Source: Paragordius varius (Eukaryota > Animalia > Nematomorpha). Taken from it: a stretch of 64,000 nucleotides of DNA. The stretch is taken from positions 248,001 through 312,000 of the forward strand of contig OZ176050.1 in assembly GCA_964247055.1 (NCBI GenBank), in the 5' to 3' direction. Shown here in pieces: positions 39,585 through 54,900 of this stretch (the first letter of the stretch is position 1; each line of letters opens with the position of its first letter). Under the pieces are notes generated by a model. The model searched no databases, was not told the DNA's origin, and saw only the letters and a program-made list of their open reading frames with translations. The translations under genes and the position numbers were made by a program.

Positions 39585-42500
39585 GGGTAGCCCTATGGTA
39601 GTTCCATCATCACCCCAAATATTTTCGAGATCGGAGTATAAATGTAATTTTTATGAATTTTTTAAATATTTAAAAAATTTATTTTATACGATTTTAAAAA
39701 TAAAAATGGCTACCTAAAATCCAAATTTGATCAGGTGATGTCACCATAATTTTTTTTGGGTAGCCCTATGGTAGTTCCATCATCACCCCAAATATTGTCG
39801 AGATCGGATTATAAATGTAATTTTTATTTAAAAAATTTATTTTATACGATTTTAAAAATAAAAATGGCTACCTAAAATCCAAATTTGATCAGGTGATGTC
39901 ACCATAATTTTTTTTGGGTAACCTTATGGTACATCATCACCCCAAATATTTTCGAGATCGGAGTATAAATGTAATTTTTATGAATTTTTTAAATATTTAA
40001 AAAATTTATTTTATACGATTTTAAAAATAAAAATGGCTACCTAAAATCCAAATTTGATCAGGTGATGTCACCATAATTTTTTTTGGGTAGCCCTATGGTA
40101 GTTCCATCATCACCCCAAATATTTTGGGGATCGGACTATAAATGTAATTTTTATGAATTTTTTAAATATGTAAAAAATTTATTTTATACGATTTGAAAAA
40201 TAAAAATGGCTACCTAAAATCCAAATTTGATCAGGTGATGTCGCCATGATTTTTTTTACGTAGCCCTATGGTAGTTCCATCATCACCCCAAATATTTTGG
40301 GGATCGGACTATAAATGTAATTTTTATGAATTTTTTAAATATTTAAAAAATTTATTTTATACGATTTTAAAAATAAAAATGGCTACCTAAAATCTAAATT
40401 TGATCAGGTGATGTCACCATAATTTTTTTTTGGTAGCCCTATGGTAGTTCCATCATCACCCCAAATATTTTCGAGATCGGAGTATAAATGTAATTTTTAT
40501 GAATTTTTTAAATATTTAAAAAATTTATTTTATACGATTTTAAAAATAAAAATGGCTACCTAAAATCCAAATTTGATCAGGTGATGTCACCATAATTTTT
40601 TTTGGGTAGCCCTATGGTAGTTCCATCATCACCCCAAATATTTTGGGGATCGGACTATAAATGTAATTTTTATGAATTTTTTTAATATTTAAAAAATTTA
40701 TTTTATACGATTTTAAAAATAAAAATGGCTACCTAAAATCCAAATTTGATCAGGTGATGTCGCCATAATTTTTTTTGGGTAGCCCTATGGTAGTTCCATC
40801 ATCACCCCGAATACTTTGGGGATCGGACTATAAATGTAATTTTTATGAATTTTTTAAATATTTAAAAAATTTATTTTATACGATTTTAAAAATAAAAATG
40901 GCTACCTAAAATCCAAATTTGATCAGGTGATGTCGCCATAATTTTTTTTGGGTAGCCCTATAGTAGTTCCATCATCACCCCAAATATTTTGGGGATCGGA
41001 CTATAAATGTAATTTTTATGAATTTTTTAAATATTTGAAAAATTTATTTTATACGATTTTAAAAATAAAAATGGCTACCTAAAATCCAAATTTGATCAGG
41101 TGATGTCGCCATAATTTTTTTGGGTAGCCCTATGGTTGTTCCATCATCACCCCAAATATTTTGGGGATCGGAGTATAAATGTAATTTTTATGAATTTTTT
41201 AAATATTTAAAAAATTTATTTTATACGATATTAAAAATAAAAATGGCTACCTAAAATCCAAATTTGATCAGGTGATGTCACCATAATTTTTTTTGGGTAG
41301 CCCTATGGTAGTTCCATCATCACCCCAAATATTGTCGAGATCGGAGTATAAATGTAATTTTTTTGAATTTTTTAAATATTTAAAAAATTTATTTTATACG
41401 ATTTTAAAAATAAAAATGGCTACCTAAAATCCAAATTTGATCAGGTGATGTCACCATAATTTTTTTTGGGTAGCCCGATGGTAGTTCCATCATCACCCCA
41501 AATATTTTCGAGATCGGAGTATAAATGTAATTTTTATGAATTTTTTAAATATTTAAAAAATTTATTTTATACGATTTTAAAAATAAAAATGGCTACCTAA
41601 AATCCAAATTTGATCAGGTGATGTCACCATATTTTTTTTTGGGTAGCCCTATGGTAGTTCCATCATCACCCCGAATACTTTGGGGATCGGACTATAAATG
41701 TAATTTTTTTGAATTTTTTAAATATTTAAAAAATTTATTTTATACGATTTTAAAAATAAAAATGGCTACCTAAAATCCAAATTTGATCAGGTGATGTCGC
41801 CATAATTTTTTTTGGGTAGCCCTATGGTAGTTCCATCATCACCCCAAATATTTTGGGGATCGGACTATAAATGTAATTTTTATGAATTTTTTAAATATTT
41901 AAAAAATTTATTTTATACGATTTTAAAAATAAAAATGGCTACCTAAAATTTAAATTTAATCAGGTGATGTTACATAATTTTTTTTGGGTAGCCCTATGGT
42001 AGTTCCATCATCACCCCAAATATTTTGGGGATCGGACTATAAATGTAATTTTTATGAATTTTTTAAATATTTAAAAAATTTATTTTATACGATTTTAAAA
42101 ATAAAAATGGCTACCTAAAATCCAAATTTGATCAGGTGATGTCACTATAATTTTTTTGGGTAGCCCTATGGTAGTTCCATCATCACCTCAAATATTTTGG
42201 GGATCGGACTATAAATGTAATTTTTATGAATTTTTTAAATATTTAAAAAATTTATTTTATACGATTTTAAAAATAAAAATGGCTACCTAAAATCCAAATT
42301 TGATCAGGTGATGTCACCATAATTTTTTTTGGGTAGCCTTATGGTAGTTCCATCATCACCCCAAATATTTTCGAGATCGGAGTATAAATGTAATTTTTAT
42401 GAATTTTTTAAATATTTAAAAAATTTATTTTATACGATTTTAAAAATAAAAATGGCTACCTAAAATCCAAATTTGATCAGGTGATGTCGCCATAATTTTT

Positions 42501-43367
42501 TTTGGGTAGCCCTAGAGTAGTTCCATCATCACCCCAAATATTTTTGAGATCGGAGTATAAATGTAATTTTTATGAATTTTTTAAATATTTAAAAAATTTA
42601 TTTTATACGATTTTAAAAATAAAAATGGCTACCTAAAATCCAAATTTGATCAGGTGATGTCACCATAATTTTTATTGGGTAGCCCTATGGTAGTTCCATC
42701 ATCACCCCAAATATTGTCGAGATCGGAGTATAAATGTAATTTTTATGAATTTTTTAAATATTTAAAAAATTTATTATATACGATTTTAAAAATAAAAATG
42801 GCTACCTAAAATCCAAATTTGATCAGGTGATGTCACTATAATTTTTTTGGGTAGCCCTATGGTAGTTCCATCATCACCTCAAATATTTTGGGGATCGGAC
42901 TATAAATGTAATTTTTATGAATTTTTTAAATATTTAAAAAATTTATTTTATACGATTTTAAAAATAAAAATGGCTACCTAAAATCCAAATTTGATCAGGT
43001 GATGTCACCATAATTTTTTTTGGGTAGCCCTATGGTAGTTCCATCATCACCCCAAATATTTTAGAGATCGAAGTATAAATGTAATTTTTATGATTTTTTT
43101 AAATATTTAAAAAATTTATTTTATACGATTTTAAAAATAAAAATGCCTACCTAAAATCCAAATTTGATCAGGTGATGTCGCCATAATTTTTTTTGGGTAG
43201 CCCTATCGTAGTTCCATCATCACCCCGAATACTTTGGGGATCGGACTATAAATGTAATTTTTATGAATTTTTTAAATATTTAAAAAATTTATTTTATACG
43301 ATTTTAAAAATAAAAATGGCTACCTAAAATCCAAATTCGATCAGGTGATGTCGCCATAATTTTTTTT

Positions 43368-44926
43368 GAGTAGCCCTATGGTAGTTCCATCATCACCCCG
43401 AATACTTTGGGGATCGGACTATAAATGTAATTTTTATGAATTTTTTAAATATTTAAAAAATTTATTTTATACGATTTTAAAAATAAAAATGGCTACCTAA
43501 AATCCAAATTTGATCAGGTGATGTCGCCATAATTTTTTTTGGGTAGCCCTATAGTAGTTCCATCATCACCCCAAATATTTTCGAGATCGGAGTATAAATG
43601 TAATTTTTATGAATTTTTTAAATATTTAAAAAATTTATTTTATACGATTTTAAAAATAAAAATGGCTCCCTAAAATCCAAATTTGATCAGGTGATGTCGC
43701 CATAAATTTTTTTTGGGTAGCCCTATGGTAGTTCCATCATCACCCCAAATATTTTCGAGATCGGAGTATTAATGTAATTTTTATGAATTTATTAAATATT
43801 TAAAAAATTTATTTTATACGATTTTAAAAATAAAAATGGCTACCTAAAATCCAAATTTGATCAGGTGATGTCACCATAATTTTTTTTGGGTAGCCCTATG
43901 GTAGTTCCATCATCACCCCAAATATTTTCGAGATCGGAGTATAAATGTAATTTTTATGAATTTTTTAAATATTTAAAAAATTTATTTTATACGATTTTAA
44001 AAATAAAAATGGCTACCTAAAATCCAAATTTGATCAGGTGATGTCGCCATAATTTTTTTTGAGTAGCTCTATGGTAGTTCCATCATCACCCCGAATACTT
44101 TGGGGATCGGACTATAAATGTAATTTTTATGAATTTTTTAAATATTTAAAAAATTTATTTTATACGATTTTAAAAATAAAAATGGCTACCTAAAATCCAA
44201 ATTTGATCAGGTGATGTCGCCATAATTTTTTTTGGGTAGCCCTATAGTAGTTCCATCATCACCCCAAATATTTTCGAGATCGGAGTATAAATGTAATTTT
44301 TATGAATTTTTTAAATATTTAAAAAATTTATTTTATACGATTTTAAAAATAAAAATGGCTCCCTAAAATCCAAATTTGATCAGGTGATGTCGCCATAAAT
44401 TTTTTTTGGGTAGCCCTATGGTAGTTCCATCATCACCCCAAATATTTTCGAGATCGGAGTATTAATGTAATTTTTATGAATTTATTAAATATTTAAAAAA
44501 TTTATTTTATACGATTTTAAAAATAAAAATGGCTACCTAAAATCCAAATTTGATCAGGTGATGTCACCATAATTTTTTTTGGGTAGCCCTATGGTAGTTC
44601 CATCATCACCCCAAATATTTTCGAGATCGGAGTATAAATGTAATTTTTATGAATTTTTTAAATATTTAAAAAATTTATTTTATACGATTTTAAAAATAAA
44701 AATGGCTACCTAAAATCCAAATTTGATCAGGTGATGTCGCCATAATTTTTTTTGAGTAGCTCTATGGTAGTTCCATCATCACCCCGAATACTTTGGGGAT
44801 CGGACTATAAATGTAATTTTTATGAATTTTTTAAATATTTAAAAAATTTATTTTATACGATTTTAAAAATAAAAATGGCTACCTAAAATCCAAATTTGAT
44901 CAGGTGATGTCGCCATAATTTTTTTG
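43368..44926 (+). repeat. Tandem 4-monomer repeat (693 bp), two copies plus one monomer
   Basis: gagtag monomer starts at 43368, 44061 and 44754. ggctccc occurs at 43664/44357, and ggagtatt+gaatttatt is present in both copies. Confidence 0.88.
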
Positions 44927-45607
44927 GGTAGCTCTATAGTAGTTCCATCATCACCCCAAATATTTTTGAGATCGAAGTATAAATGTAATTTTTATGAATT
45001 TTTTAAATATTTAAAAAATTTATTTTATACGATTTTAAAAATAAAAATGCCTACCTAAAATCCAAATTTGATCAGGTGATGTCGCCATAATTTTTTTTGG
45101 GTAGCCCTATCGTAGTTCCATCATCACCCCGAATACTTTGGGGATCGGACTATAAATGTAATTTTTATGAATTTTTTAAATATTTAAAAAATTTATTTTA
45201 TACGATTTTAAAAATAAAAATGGCTACCTAAAATCCAAATTTGATCAGGTGATGTCGCCATAATTTTTTTTGGGTAGCCCTATGGTAGTTCCATCATCAC
45301 CCCTAATATTTTGGGGATCGGACTATAAATGTAATTTTTATGAATTTTTTAAATATTTAAAAAATTTATTTTATACGATTTTAAAAATAAAAATGGCTAC
45401 CTAAAATCCAAAAATGATCAGGTGATGTCGCCATAATTTTTTTTGGGTAGCCCTATGGTAGTTCCATCATAACCCCAAATATTTTTGAGATCGGACTTTA
45501 AATGTAATTTTTATGAATTTTTTAAATATTTAAAAAATTTATTTTTTACGATTTTAAAAATAAAAATGGCTACCTAAAATCCAAATTTGATCAGGTGATG
45601 TCCCCAT

Positions 45608-48600
45608 AATTTTTTTTGGGTAGCCCTATGGTAGTTCCATCATCACCCCAAATATTGTCGAGATCGGAGTATAAATGTAATTTTTTTGAATTTTTTAAAT
45701 ATTTAAAAAATTTATTTTATACGATTTTAAAAATAAAAATGGCTACCTAAAATCCAAATTTGATCAGGTGATGTCGCCATAATTTTTTTTGGGTAGCCCT
45801 ATGGTAGTTCCATCATCACCCCAAATATTTTCGAGATCGGACTATAAATGTAATTTTTATGAATTTTTTAAATATTTAAAAAATTTATTTTATACGATTT
45901 TAAAAATAAAAATGGCTACCTAAAATCCAAATTTGATCAGGTGATGTCCCCATAATTTTTTTAGGGTAGCCCTATGGTAGTTCCATCATCACCCCAAATA
46001 TTGTCGAGATCGGAGTATAAATGTAATTTTTTTGAATTTTTTAAATATTTAAAAAATTTATTTTATACGATTTTAAAAATAAAAATGGCTACCTAAAATC
46101 CAAATTTGATCAGGTGATGTCGCCATAATTTTTTTTGGGTAGCCCTATGGTAGTTCCATCATCACCCCAAATATTTTCGAGATCGGACTATAAATGTAAT
46201 TTTTATGAATTTTTTAAATATTTAAAAAATTTATTTTATACGATTTTAAAAATAAAAATGGCTACCTAAAATCCAAATTTGATCAGGTGATGTCGACATA
46301 ATTTTTTTTGCGTAGCCCTATGGTAGTTCCATCATCACCCCTAATATTTTGGGGATCGGACTATAAATGTAATTTTTATGAATTTTTTAAATATTTAAAA
46401 AATTTATTTTATACGATTTTAAAAATAAAAATGGCTCTCTAAAATCCAAATTTGATCAGGTGATGTCGCCATAAATTTTTTTTGGGTAGCCCTATGGTAG
46501 TTCCATCATCACCCCAAATATTTTCGAGATCGGAGTATTAATGTAATTTTTATGAATTTTTTAAATATTTAAAAAATTTATTTTATACGATTTTAAAAAT
46601 AAAAATGGCTACCTAAAATCCAAATTTGATCAGGTGATGTCGCCATAATTTTTTTTGGGTAGCCCTATGGTAGTTCCATCATCACCCCTAATATTTTGGG
46701 GATCGGACTATAAATGTAATTTTTATGAATTTTTTAAATATTTAAAAAATTTATTTTATACGATTTTAAAAATAAAAATGGCTACCTAAAATCCATAAAT
46801 GATCAGGTGATGTCGCCATAATTTTTTTTGGGTAGCCCTATGGTAGTTCCATCATAACCCCAAATATTTTTGAGATCGGACTTTAAATGTAATTTTTATG
46901 AATTTTTTAAATATTTAAAAAATTTATTTTATACGATTTTAAAAATAAAAATGGCTACCTAAAATCCAAATTTGATCAGGTGATGTCGCCATAATTTTTT
47001 TTGGGTAGCCCTATGGTAGTTCCATCATAACCCCAAATATTTTTGAGATCGGACTTTAAATGTAATTTTTATGAATTTTTTAAATATTTAAAAAATTTAT
47101 TTTTTACGATTTTAAAAATAAAAATGGCTACCTAAAATCCAAATTTGATCAGGTGATGTCCCCATAATTTTTTTTGGGTAGCCCTATGGTAGTTCCATCA
47201 TCACCCCAAATATTGTCGAGATCGGAGTATAAATGTAATTTTTTTGAATTTTTTAAATATTTAAAAAATTTATTTTATACGATTTTAAAAATAAAAATGG
47301 CTACCTAAAATCCAAATTTGATCAGGTGATGTCGCCATAATTTTTTTTGGGTAGCCCTATGGTAGTTCCATCATCACCCCTAATATTTTGGGGATCGGAC
47401 TATAAATGTAATTTTTATGAATTTTTTAAATATTTAAAAAATTTATTTTATACGATTTTAAAAATAAAAATGGCTACCTAAAATCCAAAAATGATCAGGT
47501 GATGTCGCCATAATTTTTTTTGGGTAGCCCTATGGTAGTTCCATCATAACCCCAAATATTTTTGAGATCGGACTTTAAATGTAATTTTTATGAATTTTTT
47601 AAATATTTAAAAAATTTATTTTATACGATTTTAAAAATAAAAATGGCTACCTAAAATCCAAATTTGATCAGGTGATGTCGCCATAATTTTTTTTGGGTAG
47701 CCCTATGGTAGTTCCATCATAACCCCAAATATTTTTGAGATCGGACTTTAAATGTAATTTTTATGAATTTTTTAAATATTTAAAAAATTTATTTTTTACG
47801 ATTTTAAAAATAAAAATGGCTACCTAAAATCCAAATTTGATCAGGTGATGTCCCCATAATTTTTTTTGGGTAGCCCTATGGTAGTTCCATCATCACCCCA
47901 AATATTGTCGAGATCGGAGTATAAATGTAATTTTTTTGAATTTTTTAAATATTTAAAAAATTTATTTTATACGATTTTAAAAATAAAAATGGCTACCTAA
48001 AATCCAAATTTGATCAGGTGATGTCGCCATAATTTTTTTTGGGTAGCCCTATGGTAGTTCCATCATCACCCCAAATATTTTCGAGATCGGACTATAAATG
48101 TAATTTTTATGAATTTTTTAAATATTTAAAAAATTTATTTTATACGATTTTAAAAATAAAAATGGCTACCTAAAATCCAAATTTGATCAGGTGATGTCCC
48201 CATAATTTTTTTTGGGTAGCCCTATGGTAGTTCCATCATCACCCCAAATATTGTCGAGATCGGAGTATAAATGTAATTTTTTTGAATTTTTTAAATATTT
48301 AAAAAATTTATTTTATACGATTTTAAAAATAAAAATGGCTACCTAAAATCCAAATTTGATCAGGTGATGTCGCCATAATTTTTTTTGGGTAGCCCTATGG
48401 TAGTTCCATCATCACCCCAAATATTTTCGAGATCGGACTATAAATGTAATTTTTATGAATTTTTTAAATATTTAAAAAATTTATTTTATACGATTTTAAA
48501 AATAAAAATGGCTACCTAAAATCCAAATTTGATCAGGTGATGTCGACATAATTTTTTTTGCGTAGCCCTATGGTAGTTCCATCATCACCCCTAATATTTT

Positions 48601-48906
48601 GGGGATCGGACTATAAATGTAATTTTTATGAATTTTTTAAATATTTAAAAAATTTATTTTATACGATTTTAAAAATAAAAATGGCTCCCTAAAATCCAAA
48701 TTTGATCAGGTGATGTCGCCATAAATTTTTTTTGGGTAGCCCTATGGTAGTTCCATCATCACGCCAAATATTTTCGAGATCGGAGTATTAATGTAATTTT
48801 TATGAATTTATTAAATATTTAAAAAATTTATTTTATACGATTTTAAAAATAAAAATGGCTACCTAAAATCCAAATTTGATCAGGTGATGTCACCATAATT
48901 TTTTTT
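45608..48906 (+). repeat. Six-monomer block repeated at a 13-monomer offset (2250 bp), with an internal 4-monomer repeat between the copies
   Basis: gatgtcgacata (SalI) occurs at 46292/48542. The flanking tcccc/ttgtc, cgagatcggac and ggagtatt monomers are in the same order. Confidence 0.78.
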
Positions 48907-51900
48907 GGGTAGCCCTATGGTAGTTCCATCATCACCCCAAATATTTTCGAGATCGGAGTATAAATGTAATTTTTATGAATTTTTTAAATATTTAAAAAAT
49001 TTATTTTATACGATTTTAAAAATAAAAATGGCTACCTAAAATCCAAATTTGATCAGGTGATGTCGCCATAATTTTTTTTGAGTAGCTCTATGGTAGTTCC
49101 ATCATCACCCCGAATACTTTGGGGATCGGACTATAAATGTAATTTTTATGAATTTTTTAAATATTTAAAAAATTTATTTTATACGATTTTAAAAATAAAA
49201 ATGGCTACCTAAAATCCAAATTTGATCAGGTGATGTCGCCATAATTTTTTTGGGTAGCTCTATAGTAGTTCCATCATCACCCCAAATATTTTTGAGATCG
49301 AAGTATAAATGTAATTTTTATGAATTTTTTAAATATTTAAAAAATTTATTTTATACGATTTTAAAAATAAAAATGCCTACCTAAAATCCAAATTTGATCA
49401 GGTGATGTCGCCATAATTTTTTTTGGGTAGCCCTATCGTAGTTCCATCATCACCCCGAATACTTTGGGGATCGGACTATAAATGTTATTTTTATGAATTT
49501 TTTAAATATTTAAAAAATTTATTTTATACGATTTTAAAAATAAAAATGGCTACCTAAAATCCAAATTTGATCAGGTGATGTCGCCATAATTTTTTTTGGG
49601 TAGCCCTATGGTAGTTCCATCATCACCCCTAATATTTTGGGGATCGGACTATAAATGTAATTTTTATGAATTTTTTAAATATTTAAAAAATTTATTTTAT
49701 ACGATTTTAAAAATAAAAATGGCTACCTAAAATCCAAAAATGATCAGGTGATGTCGCCATAATTTTTTTTGGGTAGCCCTATGGCAGTTCCATCATAACC
49801 CCAAATATTTTTGAGATCGGACTTTAAATGTAATTTTTATGAATTTTTTAAATATTTAAAAAATTTATTTTATACGATTTTAAAAATAAAAATGGCTACC
49901 TAAAATCCAAATTTGATCAGGTGATGTCGCCATAATTTTTTTTGGGTAGCCCTATGGTAGTTCCATCATAACCCCAAATATTTTTGAGATCGGACTTTAA
50001 ATGTAATTTTTATGAATTTTTTAAATATTTAAAAAATTTATTTTATACGATTTTAAAAATAAAAATGGCTACCTAAAATCCAAATTTGATCAGGTGATGT
50101 CGCCATAATTTTTTTTGGGTAGCCCTATAGTAGTCCCATCATCACCCCAAATATTTTTGAGATCGGAGTATAAATGTAATTTTTATGAATTTTTTAAATA
50201 TTTAAAAAATTTATTTTATACGATTTTAAAAATAAAAATGGCTACCTAAAATCCAAATTTGATCAGGTGATGTCGCCATAATTTTTTTTGGGTAGCCCTA
50301 TAGTAGTTCCATCATCACCCCAAATATTTTCGAGATCGGAGTATAAATGTAATTTTTATGAATTTTTTAAATATTTAAAAAATTTATTTTATACGATTTT
50401 AAAAATAAAAATGGCTCCCTAAAATCCAAATTTGATCAGGTGATGTCGCCATAATTTTTTTGGGTAGCTCTATAGTAGTTCCATCATCACCCCAAATATT
50501 TTTGAGATCGAAGTATAAATGTAATTTTTATGAATTTTTTAAATATTTAAAAAATTTATTTTATACGATTTTAAAAATAAAAATGGCTACCTAAAATCCA
50601 AATTTGATCAGGTGATGTCGCCATAATTTTTTTTGGGTAGCCCTATAGTAGTTCCATCATCACCCCAAATATTTTTGAGATCGGAGTATAAATGTAATTT
50701 TTATGAATTTTTTAAATATTTAAAAAATTTATTTTATACGATTTTAAAAATAAAAATGGCTACCTAAAATCCAAATTTGATCAGGTGATGTCGCCATAAT
50801 TTTTTTTGGGTAGTCCTATGGTAGTTCCATCATCACCCCAAATATTTTGGGGATCGGACTATAAATGTAATTTTTATGAATTTTTTAAATATTTAAAAAA
50901 TTTATTTTATACGATTTTAAAAATAAAAATGGCTACCTAAAATCCAAATTTGATCAGGTGATGTCGCCATAATTTTTTTTGAGTAGCTCTATGGTAGTTC
51001 CATCATCACCCCGAATACTTTGGGGATCGGACTATAAATGTAATTTTTATGAATTTTTTAAATATTTAAAAAATTTATTTTATACGATTTTAAAAATAAA
51101 AATGGCTACCTAAAATCCAAATTTGATCAGGTGATGTCGCCATAATTTTTTTGGGTAGCTCTATAGTAGTTCCATCATCACCCCAAATATTTTTGAGATC
51201 GAAGTATAAATGTAATTTTTATGAATTTTTTAAATATTTAAAAAATTTATTTTATACGATTTTAAAAATAAAAATGCCTACCTAAAATCCAAATTTGATC
51301 AGGTGATGTCGCCATAATTTTTTTTGGGTAGCCCTATCGTAGTTCCATCATCACCCCGAATACTTTGGGGATCGGACTATAAATGTAATTTTTATGAATT
51401 TTTTAAATATTTAAAAAATTTATTTTATACGATTTTAAAAATAAAAATGGCTACCTAAAATCCAAATTTGATCAGGTGATGTCGCCATAATTTTTTTTGG
51501 GTAGCCCTATGGTAGTTCCATCATCACCCCTAATATTTTGGGGATCGGACTATAAATGTAATTTTTATGAATTTTTTAAATATTTAAAAAATTTATTTTA
51601 TACGATTTTAAAAATAAAAATGGCTACCTAAAATCCAAAAATGATCAGGTGATGTCGCCATAATTTTTTTTGGGTAGCCCTATGGTAGTTCCATCATAAC
51701 CCCAAATATTTTTGAGATCGGACTTTAAATGTAATTTTTATGAATTTTTTAAATATTTAAAAAATTTATTTTATACGATTTTAAAAATAAAAATGGCTAC
51801 CTAAAATCCAAATTTGATCAGGTGATGTCGCCATAATTTTTTTTGGGTAGCCCTATGGTAGTTCCATCATCACCCCAAATATTTTCGAGATCGGACTATA

Positions 51901-54900
51901 AATGTAATTTTTATGAATTTTTTAAATATTTAAAAAATTTATTTTATACGATTTTAAAAATAAAAATGGCTACCTAAAATCCAAATTTGATCAGGTGATG
52001 TCCCCATAATTTTTTTTGGGTAGCCCTATGGTAGTTCCATCATCACCCCAAATATTGTCGAGATCGGAGTATAAATGTAATTTTTTTGAATTTTTTAAAT
52101 ATTTAAAAAATTTATTTTATACGATTTTAAAAATAAAAATGGCTACCTAAAATCCAAATTTGATCAGGTGATGTCGCCATAATTTTTTTTGGTAGCCCTA
52201 TGGTAGTTCCATCATCACCCCAAATATTTTCGAGATCGGACTATGAATGTAATTTTTATGAATTTTTTAAATATTTAAAAAATTTATTTTATACGATTTT
52301 AAAAATAAAAATGGCTACCTAAAATCCAAATTTGATCAGGTGATGTCGACATAATTTTTTTTGCGTAGCCCTATGGTAGTTCCATCATCACCCCTAATAT
52401 TTTGGGGATCGGACTATAAATGTAATTTTTATGAATTTTTTAAATATTTAAAAAATTTATTTTATACGATTTTAAAAATAAAAATGCCTACCTAAAATCC
52501 AAATTTGATCAGGTGATGTCGCCATAATTTTTTTTGGGTAGCCCTATCGTAGTTCCATCATCACCCCGAATACTTTGGGGATCGGACTATAAATGTTATT
52601 TTTATGAATTTTTTAAATATTTAAAAAATTTATTTTATATTTTAAAAATAAAAATGGCTACCTAAAATCCAAATTTGATCAGGTGATGTCGCCATAATTT
52701 TTTTTGGGTAGCCCTATGGTAGTTCCATCATCACCCCTAATATTTTGGGGATCGGACTATAAATGTAATTTTTATGAATTTTTTAAATATTTAAAAAATT
52801 TATTTTATACGATTTTAAAAATAAAAATGGCTACCTAAAATCCAAAAATGATCAGGTGATGTCGCCATAATTTTTTTTGGGTAGCCCTATGGCAGTTCCA
52901 TCATAACCCCAAATATTTTTGAGATCGGACTTTAAATGTAATTTTTATGAATTTTTTAAATATTTAAAAAATTTATTTTATACGATTTTAAAAATAAAAA
53001 TGGCTACCTAAAATCCAAATTTGATCAGGTGATGTCGCCATAATTTTTTTTGGGTAGCCCTATGGTAGTCCATCATAACCCCAAATATTTTTGAGATCCG
53101 ACTTTAAATGTAATTTTTATGAATTTTTTAAATATTTAAAAAATTTATTTTATATGATTTTAAAAATAAAAATGGCTACCTAAAATCCAAATTTGATCAG
53201 GTGATGTCGCCATAATTTTTTTTGGGTAGCCCTATAGTAGTTCCATCATCACCCCAAATATTTTTGAGATCGGAGTATAAATGTAATTTTTATGAATTTT
53301 TTAAATATTTAAAAAATTTATTTTATACGATTTTAAAAATAAAAATGGCTACCTAAAATCCAAATTTGATCAGGTGATGTCACCATAATTTTTTTTGGGT
53401 AGCCCTATGGTAGTTCCATCATCACCCCAAATATTTTCGAGATCGGAGTATAAATGTAATTTTTATGAATTTTTTAAATATTTAAAAAATTTATTTTATA
53501 CGATTTTAAAAATAAAAATGGCTACCTAAAATCCAAATTTGATCAGGTGATGTCGCCATAATTTTTTTTGAGTAGCTCTATGGTAGTTCCATCATCACCC
53601 CGAATACTTTGGGGATCGGACTATAAATGTAATTTTTATGAATTTTTTAAATATTTAAAAAATTTATTTTATACGATTTTAAAAATAAAAATGGCTACCT
53701 AAAATCCAAATTTGATCAGGTGATGTCGCCATAATTTTTTTGGGTAGCTCTATAGTAGTTCCATCATCACCCCAAATATTTTTGAGATCGAAGTATAAAT
53801 GTAATTTTTATGAATTTTTTAAATATTTAAAAAATTTATTTTATACGATTTTAAAAATAAAAATGCCTACCTAAAATCCAAATTTGATCAGGTGATGTCG
53901 CCATAATTTTTTTTGGGTAGCCCTATCGTAGTTCCATCATCACCCCGAATACTTTGGGGATCGGACTATAAATGTTATTTTTATGAATTTTTTAAATATT
54001 TAAAAAATTTATTTTATACGATTTTAAAAATAAAAATGGCTACCTAAAATCCAAATTTGATCAGGTGATGTCGCCATAATTTTTTTTGGGTAGCCCTATG
54101 GTAGTTCCATCATCACCCCTAATATTTTGGGGATCGGACTATAAATGTAATTTTTATGAATTTTTTAAATATTTAAAAAATTTATTTTATACGATTTTAA
54201 AAATAAAAATGGCTACCTAAAATCCAAAAATGATCAGGTGATGTCGCCATAATTTTTTTTGGGTAGCCCTATGGCAGTTCCATCATAACCCCAAATATTT
54301 TTGAGATCGGACTTTAAATGTAATTTTTATGAATTTTTTAAATATTTAAAAAATTTATTTTATACGATTTTAAAAATAAAAATGGCTACCTAAAATCCAA
54401 ATTTGATCAGGTGATGTCGCCATAATTTTTTTTGGGTAGCCCTATGGTAGTTCCATCATAACCCCAAATATTTTTGAGATCGGACTTTAAATGTAATTTT
54501 TATGAATTTTTTAAATATTTAAAAAATTTATTTTATACGATTTTAAAAATAAAAATGGCTACCTAAAATCCAAATTTGATCAGGTGATGTCGCCATAATT
54601 TTTTTTGGGTAGCCCTATAGTAGTTCCATCATCACCCCAAATATTTTTGAGATCGGAGTATAAATGTAATTTTTATGAATTTTTTAAATATTTAAAAAAT
54701 TTATTTTATACGATTTTAAAAATAAAAATGGCTACCTAAAATCCAAATTTGATCAGGTGATGTCGCCATAATTTTTTTTGGGTAGCCCTATAGTAGTTCC
54801 ATCATCACCCCAAATATTTTCGAGATCGGAGTATAAATGTAATTTTTATGAATTTTTTAAATATTTAAAAAATTTATTTTATACGATTTTAAAAATAAAA

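Noticed and set aside
45961-45966. TTAGGG telomeric hexamer
   Set aside because: It is a single T>A substitution in one T-tract before gggtag, not a tandem telomeric repeat.
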